From Candidatus Gastranaerophilales bacterium (lineage in GTDB: Bacteria > Cyanobacteriota > Vampirovibrionia > Gastranaerophilales > Gastranaerophilaceae), in contig CALVBY010000001.1 in assembly GCA_944325905.1 (NCBI GenBank), positions 31,873 to 95,872 on the forward strand: a DNA stretch of 64,000 bases, read 5' to 3'. Under the pieces are notes generated by a model that was given only the letters and a program-made list of their open reading frames with translations, did no database searches and was not told where the DNA came from. The position numbers and the translations under genes were made by a program. Below, in pieces: positions 1 through 8,030 of the stretch (position 1 is the first letter of the stretch; every line of letters begins with the position of its first letter).

Positions 1-1
1 T

Positions 2-1588
2 TTGGATGACTTTTTAGCACTTTACGGATTGGAATATAAATCAACCTACTTTACAAGTGACACATTAGGTGCAGAACAAATCAATTTTGAAGATATAGGT
101 GAAATTTATACGATTGCAGAATTGGAAGAAATGTATTACGGAAGTAATGATATTTTAAGCTACAATAATTCACTACAATCATCAGAATATATAAACTTTA
201 GTGATTATTATAATGAATATATATTAGCCGATGAAAATTATACTATTGCGGTTGCAGATGCAATAAATAATGATCTATTTGGCGACAGTTGGGATGATGC
301 ATATAGTGAGTATATTTCAAGCGATCCATCAGGTATGCAAGTTGATGATTTCAAAGCAGGCTTACAGTATATAACCGATATACTCAACCGATTACAATCC
401 GAAGATAAATTATCTGCAGATAATGCATGGTTCAAAGATATGCACTCAGTACTAAACTCAATTAGCATTTCTGGTAATTCATGCACAATTACATCAAATG
501 TTGCAGTTAAAGATAATGGTGACGGCACATACCAAATTGGTGATACAATACTGATAAATACACAACACGAACATGATGAAGATAATTATGATACACAAGT
601 TAGCATCATAAACAGTGATAGTGACGACGAAATCACAACTAAAGTCGACGGGCAAGATTCAGTATGTTTTAATGGTACAGGTGTTGGTCAAAATATTAGT
701 TTCACATATTCAGAAACAGAATCAGATGATGATGGTACAAGCTACACATCAAATTACATTTATAAATACCAAACAGGCGATAATTATGCACAAGTCAGTT
801 ATACAACAACAGATTCAGCGGAAGTTCAAAGCTTTTTGTATCAAGTTTTCACAGAATTCAGATCAGGTATTACTTCTGCAATAAATAGGGACAAATATGG
901 CGGAACTGATCCTGCAGCAGTAAGTGCCAAACAGGACTACAATAATGCAATAAATAAGTTAATTGGCTTAGTATTTGGTAATGTTGATACAGATACAAAA
1001 ACTTTAATAGAAAATAACAAACAAATATTTGACAACAACCCGGCAACAATTATAAAATGGGCAAAAGAAAATGGAATACAAACATCAGATAGTTTTGAAA
1101 TAATAAAGAATATTTATATATTAGATTCATTATTTAACGTATACGGAGAACCTTCTGCAGGATGGATTGACGTAAATAATCCTGACGAAAATGCAGATGC
1201 AAAAGTTCAATGGTATACAAACTTATATAACCGTATGCAACAAGGATATAGTGTCCTTGAAGATGGTTTGGCTTCAAGCAATGAATGGATTCAATTTGCA
1301 CTGGAAAGCGGATTAGTAACAATGGAACAAGTTGACAAATCAAACAACTGGACATCAACAATTTATACAAATTGTAGTGATATAACAGAAGTTACTGATG
1401 ACACTGCAGTTACAATAGCTGAAGCTGAATATAACAAAGCAATGAACAATATAGAGAATAAAGACAAACGCTACGATATGGAACTTAAAAATATTGATAC
1501 CGAACACAACTCATTACAAACAGAATATGATTCTGTTAAATCTGTAATAGACAAAAATATTGAACGATCTTTCAAAATATATTCATAG
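2..1588 (+). CDS. Hypothetical D/N/S/T/Y-rich protein, 5'-truncated by the window edge, with a C-terminal heptad/coiled-coil-like tail
   Basis: Open frame from the window edge to TAG at 1586-1588, followed by a strong intrinsic terminator. No motif I recognise. The antisense ORFs here are shadows. Confidence 0.6.
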   Translation: MDDFLALYGLEYKSTYFTSDTLGAEQINFEDIGEIYTIAELEEMYYGSNDILSYNNSLQSSEYINFSDYYNEYILADENYTIAVADAINNDLFGDSWDDAYSEYISSDPSGMQVDDFKAGLQYITDILNRLQSEDKLSADNAWFKDMHSVLNSISISGNSCTITSNVAVKDNGDGTYQIGDTILINTQHEHDEDNYDTQVSIINSDSDDEITTKVDGQDSVCFNGTGVGQNISFTYSETESDDDGTSYTSNYIYKYQTGDNYAQVSYTTTDSAEVQSFLYQVFTEFRSGITSAINRDKYGGTDPAAVSAKQDYNNAINKLIGLVFGNVDTDTKTLIENNKQIFDNNPATIIKWAKENGIQTSDSFEIIKNIYILDSLFNVYGEPSAGWIDVNNPDENADAKVQWYTNLYNRMQQGYSVLEDGLASSNEWIQFALESGLVTMEQVDKSNNWTSTIYTNCSDITEVTDDTAVTIAEAEYNKAMNNIENKDKRYDMELKNIDTEHNSLQTEYDSVKSVIDKNIERSFKIYS

Positions 1589-1591
1589 TAC

Positions 1592-1622
1592 AAAAAATCC
1601 GAGTAATTCTCGGATTTTTTTT
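1592..1622 (+). terminator. Rho-independent terminator
   Basis: Stem AATCCGAG (1596-1603) / CTCGGATT (1609-1616), 5-nt loop, then a T-run to 1622. Confidence 0.8.
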
Positions 1623-1720
1623 GCATCTTTATAAAGATATAAAGATTATGTAAGGAAATCAAAGTTGATGCAAATTTTGAATTATAATGAAAACATAGGA
1701 AAGAAAAATTGGAGATAATT

Positions 1721-2005
1721 ATGCAATCAGTAAATGAAATTTTAAACAAGTTAGAATCAGCAGATAATACAACAAAAAATGAATTAGAAAATATATTAGT
1801 AAACATTGGAACATCTGCATTACCGCAATTAGTAGATCAATTACAAGTTGTAAGAGGTATTAAACGTGGAGTTGTTGCAATGACATTAATAAGAATTGGC
1901 AATGCCTCAGTAAAATACTTAAAAAAAGCAGCTGAAGATAACAAAGATTTCGAATGGGTTGCAGAATACTTAATTAGAGAAATTCAAGGAGCAAAAGCTG
2001 CATAA
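1721..2005 (+). CDS. Small HEAT-repeat-like protein (94 aa)
   Basis: ATG at 1721 lies 6 nt after GGAG (1711-1714). The ALPQLV...IGNASVKYLKKAA pattern resembles PBS-lyase/HEAT repeats. A terminator follows. Confidence 0.55.
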   Translation: MQSVNEILNKLESADNTTKNELENILVNIGTSALPQLVDQLQVVRGIKRGVVAMTLIRIGNASVKYLKKAAEDNKDFEWVAEYLIREIQGAKAA

Positions 2006-2021
2006 CTTGAAATAAAATATT

Positions 2022-2051
2022 GAAAAAAGCCGGTATTAAGAACCGGCTTTT
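2022..2051 (+). terminator. Rho-independent terminator
   Basis: Stem AAAGCCGGT (2025-2033) / ACCGGCTTT (2041-2049) followed by Ts. Confidence 0.75.
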
Positions 2052-2068
2052 TATGCTATTATAAAGAT

Positions 2069-3274
2069 ATGGTTGTAAATACATCATTAAAATATACATG
2101 CCTTTTTGGAGGCGGAGCTATAAGAGGAGCTGCATATGCCGGAGCGGTAAAGGCTCTGGAAGAAATAGGAATTAACCCGACAAATATCGGAGGATCCTCT
2201 GTAGGTTCAATAGTCGCAGCATTAATGGCAGTTGGTTATAGCGCTCAGGAAATGAAAGAAGTTTTTCTTGACGTAAATTTTGACTTGTTTAGAGATCTTC
2301 AATTTGGTCTGGGTGCAAAATTTGCGCTAAGTAAAGGGGAAGTTTTTCTTGATTGGATTAGAGAATTAATAGAAAAAAAATTTTACGGCACAAGTTACGA
2401 AAAAGGTAAAAATCGTGCTGTAAGATTTAAGGATATTGAGAAAAATCTTTTTATAATAACAACAGACTTGTCAAATTTTGAATGCAAAGAATTTTCAAAA
2501 TACGAAACGCCCGACTTTGAGATAGCAACAGCAGTAAGGATTTCTTGCAGCATGCCCGGACTTATGAAACCATTAGAATACAACAATACATTACTTGTAG
2601 ATGGTGATTTACAAAAAGGTGTGCCAATGTGGAAGCTGTCAAATAATCTCATGACTGAAGGTGAAAGAATTTTAGAATTCCGACTTGAAGGAGATTTTGA
2701 AGGTTCAAACCATAATGCACTGGACTACGTAAATACTATATACAGTTGCATAACCGCCATAGCAACATCGTTTATTGTTGACTTATTTGGAAAAAGAGAC
2801 AGATTCGACTATGTAGTTATAAATACTGGAGATGTAATAGTTGTTGACTTCAATTACCCTAGAGAAAAACGTGAAGATTTAATTCGAAGCGGCTATGAAC
2901 AAACAATGAATTATTTCACCAAAGTTTTACCACATAAAAAAGAATATCTACTAAATAATTACTACAAAATCAATAAAATATTAAAAAAAATTGAAAAATA
3001 CATTGAAAATAAACGCATAATAAAAGCAAAGCATGCCATTTCTGAAGTATTTGAAGAATTATTTGATATGCAAGAAATTTTGGATAAACAAATCATCGAC
3101 AGAATAAAGCATTTTAGTAAAGCATTTTCTCATAATCTTAGATACCCGGCATTATTCGGCAGTGTTAAACTGGAAGATGACGTTAACATAAAAAAGGATT
3201 TAAAAATGCTTATTGAGGTTATATCTGACAGAATTTACGAAATTGAATCCTATATAGTAAAATTTCCTATTTGA
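2069..3274 (+). CDS. Patatin-like phospholipase
   Basis: Oxyanion motif FGGGAIRG, serine-lipase motif GGSSVGS and catalytic-dyad Asp context LLVDGD. Helical C-terminal extension. Confidence 0.85.
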   Translation: MVVNTSLKYTCLFGGGAIRGAAYAGAVKALEEIGINPTNIGGSSVGSIVAALMAVGYSAQEMKEVFLDVNFDLFRDLQFGLGAKFALSKGEVFLDWIRELIEKKFYGTSYEKGKNRAVRFKDIEKNLFIITTDLSNFECKEFSKYETPDFEIATAVRISCSMPGLMKPLEYNNTLLVDGDLQKGVPMWKLSNNLMTEGERILEFRLEGDFEGSNHNALDYVNTIYSCITAIATSFIVDLFGKRDRFDYVVINTGDVIVVDFNYPREKREDLIRSGYEQTMNYFTKVLPHKKEYLLNNYYKINKILKKIEKYIENKRIIKAKHAISEVFEELFDMQEILDKQIIDRIKHFSKAFSHNLRYPALFGSVKLEDDVNIKKDLKMLIEVISDRIYEIESYIVKFPI

Positions 3275-3299
3275 CAATTAAATATTTTTCAGTTAATAT
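3271..3299 (+). promoter_or_regulatory. Sigma70-type promoter candidate for tRNA-Leu
   Basis: TTGACA (3271-3276), 17-nt spacer, TAATAT (3294-3299), about 45 nt upstream of the tRNA. Confidence 0.4.
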
Positions 3300-3346
3300 A
3301 AAAGAGCTTGAAAACAAGTAATAACTTGAAAATTTTATAAACAAAT

Positions 3347-3433
3347 GCTCCAGTGGCGGAATCGGTAGACGCGTTGGACTTAAAATCCAATTGGGTGAAT
3401 AGCTCAGTGCCAGTTCAAGTCTGGCCTGGAGCA
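3347..3433 (+). tRNA. tRNA-Leu (anticodon UAA), uninterrupted, CCA not encoded
   Basis: Acceptor GCTCCAG/CTGGAGC plus discriminator A. D-arm TGGCGGAATCGGTAGACGCG is typical of tRNA-Leu. Anticodon stem TTGGA/TCCAA with loop CT-TAA-AA. Long variable arm. T-arm GCCAG-TTCAAGT-CTGGC. Confidence 0.93.
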
Positions 3434-3439
3434 TTAATC

Positions 3440-3470
3440 AAAAAGACTTACGTAATGTAAGTCTTTTTTT
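3440..3470. terminator. Bidirectional intrinsic terminator (tRNA-Leu on +, csaB on -)
   Basis: Stem AAGACTTAC (3443-3451) / GTAAGTCTT (3457-3465), flanked by an A-run upstream and a T-run downstream. Confidence 0.8.
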
Positions 3471-4491
3471 ATGATTTCAGTACGTTGTCAATATTTACCC
3501 AATTAAACGAACGCGAATCAGCAAAACTTTTCAATTTATTTTCATTAAGTAACTTCATACTATTAAAAATACAATCAAAATCTTCAGAAGCATCCATTGA
3601 AATCAATGGGATTTCTGAGTCTGATGCCAATTTTTCTACCTTGGCATCATAATTTATAGCTACAGACTTAACACCTGCCTTTAATGCAATAACAATGGCA
3701 TGGAACCGCATAGCAATCATATATTCCAGACTCGAAAGCTCTGATATAACTTCCTGATTAGACAATCCGCTTTTAAGCACTGTTTTTATATTTGGATTTA
3801 GAGCATGAATTATATCTTGGAACTTTTTGCAAACGGCAAAGTCGATAGAATCTTGGAATGAAAAGATTCTAACTTCTTTATCAAAGAAATCTCTTACAAT
3901 TTGTCGAGCCAACTTATTCAACAACTCATCCGAAAGAGTCGGGAAATCTCTCAACTGAACGCCTATAACCCCTTTTTCTTTTTTTACAGGAAACTCCAAA
4001 GAAAAAATAGGGTCACAAAGTAACTCGCACTCAACGCCCATATCTTTTAGCAAGTTATAGCTTTTGGCATCTCTCACCGAAACATAAGTACACTTTTTTA
4101 AAATTTTGCCGGTAATAAATTTAGCAATTTTATTATTAATAGGTCCAATCCCTTGAGCAAAAATTATAACCTTCTTTCTGTACCTTAGAGCCGTTGCAAT
4201 AACCCAAAGATAATAAATCAATGATTTTATACTAGTCACATCCTGCAATAAACTTCCACCGCCTGAGATAAGCGTATCTGACTGTTTTAAAAGTCCAGCA
4301 ACCTGATAAAAGTCAAATGATCTGATTGAATTAACAAAATAATCCATAGAGGTTTTACGAGGATTAGAGGACAAAACGACAATTTCAAACCCCATATTTT
4401 TCAAATGGTTAATAATAAGTGAAAGAATTGCCTCATCACCAAAATTACCAAATCCGTAATATCCTGAAACAACAACTCTTTTAGGCATCAT
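3469..4491 (-). CDS. csaB: Polysaccharide pyruvyl transferase CsaB
   Basis: N-terminal VVSGYYGFGNFGDEAIL signature of the CsaB/pyruvyl transferase family. Its start overlaps the kdgK stop (ATGA-type coupling). Confidence 0.85.
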   Translation of the reverse strand: MMPKRVVVSGYYGFGNFGDEAILSLIINHLKNMGFEIVVLSSNPRKTSMDYFVNSIRSFDFYQVAGLLKQSDTLISGGGSLLQDVTSIKSLIYYLWVIATALRYRKKVIIFAQGIGPINNKIAKFITGKILKKCTYVSVRDAKSYNLLKDMGVECELLCDPIFSLEFPVKKEKGVIGVQLRDFPTLSDELLNKLARQIVRDFFDKEVRIFSFQDSIDFAVCKKFQDIIHALNPNIKTVLKSGLSNQEVISELSSLEYMIAMRFHAIVIALKAGVKSVAINYDAKVEKLASDSEIPLISMDASEDFDCIFNSMKLLNENKLKSFADSRSFNWVNIDNVLKS

Positions 4492-5423
4492 ACACCTTTA
4501 AAAATAGAATAAACTTCATCATGATAAGGTATAGATTTAATAGCACCAATTCCTTTTGCCTGAATTCCTGCCGCAATAGATGCCAAACGAGTCGATTCAA
4601 TAGGCGGGCAACCATGAGTAATGCCATGTAAGAAAGCACCGTTAAATACATCACCTGAACAAGTTGTGTCACTAACATCGGTTGTATAAAAATCAATAAA
4701 CGTAATATTACCGTTATACCCGACATAATAACCTTTATCCAGACCGGATTTTATAACAACTATACTCACACCCTTATCCCAAAGGTACTTGATAGATGCA
4801 TCAATTGACTCAATGCCCAAAATTGGCAAATCATGCTTTGCACTCATAAAAAGAATATCAACACTTGATATAACTTCATCAAAATATTCTCTTGCTTCAT
4901 CCAAAGTAGAAACAGAAGAAATAAAGTTTGGATCATAAGCCGCAAATAATTGCATATTATGGGCCAATTCCAAACTTTTTTTAACAACTTCTCTTGCAGA
5001 TAATGAAAGGGCCTGAGTAATTCCTGTACTATAAACCACTTTAGAGTTTGAAATATATTCTTCCGAAATATCTTCAACAGAAAGTTTCGCAGGAGCAGTT
5101 TTTTTACGATAAAAGGCGAATTCCTTTTCAAGATAACTTGGACGAGCAATCAAATAAAGTCCATTGCGCTCATTTGCAAAAGTTACCTGTGAAATATCCA
5201 ACCCTTCTTCTTTCCAGCCTTCAAGAAGAAAATCTTTAAATGCATCATTGCCAAGTTTAGTAATAAATCCTACTTTAGAGCCCAACCTAACAGCAGTAAC
5301 CGCTGTAGCAAGTGCATCACCGCCGAAATATTTATGCAAACATTCAGCATCTTTTAACTTTTCATCCGTAGATAATTCAACTAAACTTTCGCCTATAGCT
5401 ATAATATCTAACTTTTCGTCCAT
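4488..5423 (-). CDS. kdgK: PfkB-family sugar kinase, 2-dehydro-3-deoxygluconokinase-like
   Basis: PfkB ribokinase-like fold motifs (N-terminal IAIGESLVEL, C-terminal TTCSGDVFNGAF anion-hole/ATP motif). Immediately downstream of eda. Confidence 0.8.
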   Translation of the reverse strand: MDEKLDIIAIGESLVELSTDEKLKDAECLHKYFGGDALATAVTAVRLGSKVGFITKLGNDAFKDFLLEGWKEEGLDISQVTFANERNGLYLIARPSYLEKEFAFYRKKTAPAKLSVEDISEEYISNSKVVYSTGITQALSLSAREVVKKSLELAHNMQLFAAYDPNFISSVSTLDEAREYFDEVISSVDILFMSAKHDLPILGIESIDASIKYLWDKGVSIVVIKSGLDKGYYVGYNGNITFIDFYTTDVSDTTCSGDVFNGAFLHGITHGCPPIESTRLASIAAGIQAKGIGAIKSIPYHDEVYSIFKGV

Positions 5424-5431
5424 AAAACCTC

Positions 5432-6034
5432 TTAAAGCATTGCAATAGCTTCTTTAACTCTCTCGGTAATTTCTGAGTAAGAAAAGCCTTCATATAAATC
5501 ACGACCTACACCAACAGCCGTAGCACCTGCATTTATGTAACTTTTTACTTCAGATAACTTAACATTACCTTGAGGCATAACGTTCAAAAATGGCATCGGA
5601 CGTCTCAAATCTTCAATATAAAGCGGACCTCCTAATGCAGTTATAGGGTAAATTTTAACTAATGGAATTCTTGCCTTCCAAGCCTCATAAGCCTCATTTG
5701 CGGTAGATGTACCTGCAATGTAAGGTATTTTTTTATCCTTAGACAATTTAACCAAATTCATGTGAAAAATTGGCGATGAAATACACTTTGCACCAGCCAT
5801 AATAGCAGCATGCGCCTGCATTGATGTTATAATTCCGCCGGCACAAATTTTAGCATGCTTTGATACTGAATTAATAGCATCATATATGAGCGGTGACTCA
5901 ACATTAACTTCCATAATTTCCAGCCCGCCCTTTAAAATAGCTTCAACAGTATTAACCACAACATCAGGGTCATTGCTCCTAATGATAGGAAAAATTTTTT
6001 GTTCAGCTAAAGAATTAATTAAATTTTCGTTCAT
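5432..6034 (-). CDS. eda: KDPG / KHG aldolase (Eda family)
   Basis: 200 aa. The FPIIRSND...GGLEIMEVN and VKIYPITALGG pattern is typical of class I KDPG aldolases. Confidence 0.85.
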   Translation of the reverse strand: MNENLINSLAEQKIFPIIRSNDPDVVVNTVEAILKGGLEIMEVNVESPLIYDAINSVSKHAKICAGGIITSMQAHAAIMAGAKCISSPIFHMNLVKLSKDKKIPYIAGTSTANEAYEAWKARIPLVKIYPITALGGPLYIEDLRRPMPFLNVMPQGNVKLSEVKSYINAGATAVGVGRDLYEGFSYSEITERVKEAIAML

Positions 6035-6089
6035 AAACTATCCCTTTTTCGAAATTTATTATATCATAAAATCAGGGGTAGGATAGTAT

Positions 6090-8030
6090 ATGAAAAAATT
6101 TAAATCGAAAGCATTTTTTATAAACTCAATATTGATCCATATATTTTTATCAATATTTGTAATTCTGGTATCTTGGCAATTTTTTGAACCTGCCGCCTAC
6201 AATTTTATGCATAACATGTTTACAGCCAAAAACACTGGCTCTGATAAAATTGCACTTATTGTAATTGACGACAAATCAATCGAAAGATATCGCTGGCCAT
6301 GGAAAAGAGATTTGTATGCAAAGATTTTTGAATATCTTAACACCTACTCAAACCCACAGATAATCGGATTTGATGCAATTGTTTCAAGCACTGATAAAGA
6401 TAATCCTGAGGCCGACAAAAAGCTGTTTAGTACCATAAAAAACATTGACAATCTAGTTGTCGGCTTTAGTCCTCTTTTACAAAAAACTGCCACCAATGAA
6501 CCTGATTACGAAAAAGAATTCAATAAAAAATTCGGAATTCAAGTTGATACTACGCAAAACCCCTTTAATTTTTCTAAATATAAAAGCATGACCCAATTTC
6601 CAACAGAATACTTTAACTCTATAAAATACACGGGTTCTGTAAACACAACCCCAAATGCAAGCGGATATATCGTTTTGGGAGATCAAATCGTAAGCATAAA
6701 TGGCATAAAATATCCATCTCTTGCACTTAGGATGTATCTTTTGCTGAACAAAACAGACTCTGTAACGTTATACAAAGACAAAATCGTTGTAAACGAAACA
6801 AACCTGCAAATTCCGAGTATAAATTCCCCTGATGCGATACAAAATTTCACAAAGTACTATAAAGTTATCCCCAACACGGAATATTCACACAAAAAGTACT
6901 CTGCTATAGATATTATAGACTCTTTAGATAACATAAAACAAGGCAAACCACCTATAATTGATCCGGCAGAATTTAAAGACAAAATAGTGTTTGTAGGCGC
7001 AAATGCAAAAGCATCCGCACTGGGGCTTGAAGATGCACTACCAACACCAATGTTACAAAAGCACCCGGGAGTGGATATTCAGGCCACCAATTTGGATAAT
7101 ATGATTAACAATGAGTTTGTAAAACAAACAACAATCATTCAGGACTTAATCATTCTGATTGTACTTTCTACAACTGTTTTTGTGCTCATAACAAAATTGT
7201 CGTTCTTCCAATCTTTAGGAATATTAATTGCTATCGCAATAGCATATGTTGCCTTTAGCTCAATATGCTTTATGCATGGATTGGCACCAAATGTCATAAC
7301 ACCTCTTGCAATTCAGCTTGTGACAATGATTTTTGGCTATTCATACAGATTTATACTGGAAGGCAGAAATAAAGAAAAAATTAAACAAGCTATGGGGAAA
7401 TACTTGTCCCAAGATATTATGCAAAATGTAGTAAAAAATATTGACGATATTAAACTTGGTGGCAAAAAAGCTGTTGTTACCGTACTTTTTGCAGATATAA
7501 GAGGCTTTACAAGCATTAGTGAAAAACTAACTGCGGAAGAAGTTTCAGTAATTTTGAACGAATATTTTACAGAAATTGAACCAATAATTTCAAAATATAA
7601 CGGAGTCATAAACAAATTCATTGGGGACGCCGTAATGGCAATATTTGGAGAGCCAATACAAGATATTAACCATGCCAAAAATGCAGTGTTGTGTGCCAAT
7701 GAAATGCTAAAAAAAGTTGATGAACTGCGTGACAAATGGCTATTTGAAGGCAAGCCAAAAATTGAAATAGGAATCGGTATTAACACAGGCGAAGCATTTG
7801 TCGGAAATATCGGCTCCGAAAAACGTCTTGAATACACAGTAATTGGCGATATGGTTAACCTTGCAAGCCGTATAGAAAGCTATAACAAGGTCTATAAAAC
7901 AAATCTCTTAATCAGCAGCTCCACATATTCATACGTAAGCAGCATCGCAGATGTTATTAAAATCAGTGAAGTTACAATTCGTGGTAAATCTAAAAAAATG
8001 GATATATATGAAGTTTTGAGGATTACATAA
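6090..8030 (+). CDS. CHASE2-sensor, membrane-bound class III adenylate/guanylate cyclase
   Basis: N-terminal TM segment, roughly 330-aa extracytoplasmic region with CHASE2-like IALIVIDDKS...RWPWKR, TM cluster, then cyclase core VTVLFADIRGFTS...FIGDAVMAIFG...GIGINTGEAFVGNIG. Confidence 0.85.
   Translation: MKKFKSKAFFINSILIHIFLSIFVILVSWQFFEPAAYNFMHNMFTAKNTGSDKIALIVIDDKSIERYRWPWKRDLYAKIFEYLNTYSNPQIIGFDAIVSSTDKDNPEADKKLFSTIKNIDNLVVGFSPLLQKTATNEPDYEKEFNKKFGIQVDTTQNPFNFSKYKSMTQFPTEYFNSIKYTGSVNTTPNASGYIVLGDQIVSINGIKYPSLALRMYLLLNKTDSVTLYKDKIVVNETNLQIPSINSPDAIQNFTKYYKVIPNTEYSHKKYSAIDIIDSLDNIKQGKPPIIDPAEFKDKIVFVGANAKASALGLEDALPTPMLQKHPGVDIQATNLDNMINNEFVKQTTIIQDLIILIVLSTTVFVLITKLSFFQSLGILIAIAIAYVAFSSICFMHGLAPNVITPLAIQLVTMIFGYSYRFILEGRNKEKIKQAMGKYLSQDIMQNVVKNIDDIKLGGKKAVVTVLFADIRGFTSISEKLTAEEVSVILNEYFTEIEPIISKYNGVINKFIGDAVMAIFGEPIQDINHAKNAVLCANEMLKKVDELRDKWLFEGKPKIEIGIGINTGEAFVGNIGSEKRLEYTVIGDMVNLASRIESYNKVYKTNLLISSSTYSYVSSIADVIKISEVTIRGKSKKMDIYEVLRIT

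Noticed and set aside
238-528. Numerous 60-175-aa ORFs in the track lying antisense to, or out of frame within, long genes. Examples are 238..528, 7337..7837, 10771..11124, 11976..12488, 22335..22649, 23727..24254, 35662..36102, 48862..49134 and 61393..61671.
   Set aside because: Each is fully contained in a longer ORF that has clear family motifs or better start signals. Their translations are low-complexity mirror images, for example Pro/Ala/Ser-rich opposite Gly-rich zippers. I treat them as shadow ORFs.
2069-3274. The patatin-like phospholipase considered as a CBASS (CapV-type) effector.
   Set aside because: No cyclase/CD-NTase or other defence-type gene is adjacent. Its neighbours are a small HEAT-like protein and a tRNA, each with its own terminator. 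The NTase-motif protein at 54508 is 50 kb away.
3347-3433. Looked for a group I intron in tRNA-Leu(UAA), as in many cyanobacteria and plastids, and for an integrated element next to the tRNA.
   Set aside because: The anticodon loop is intact (CU-UAA-AA) and the gene is a contiguous 87 nt. No integrase, direct repeat of the tRNA 3' end or foreign-looking genes flank it.
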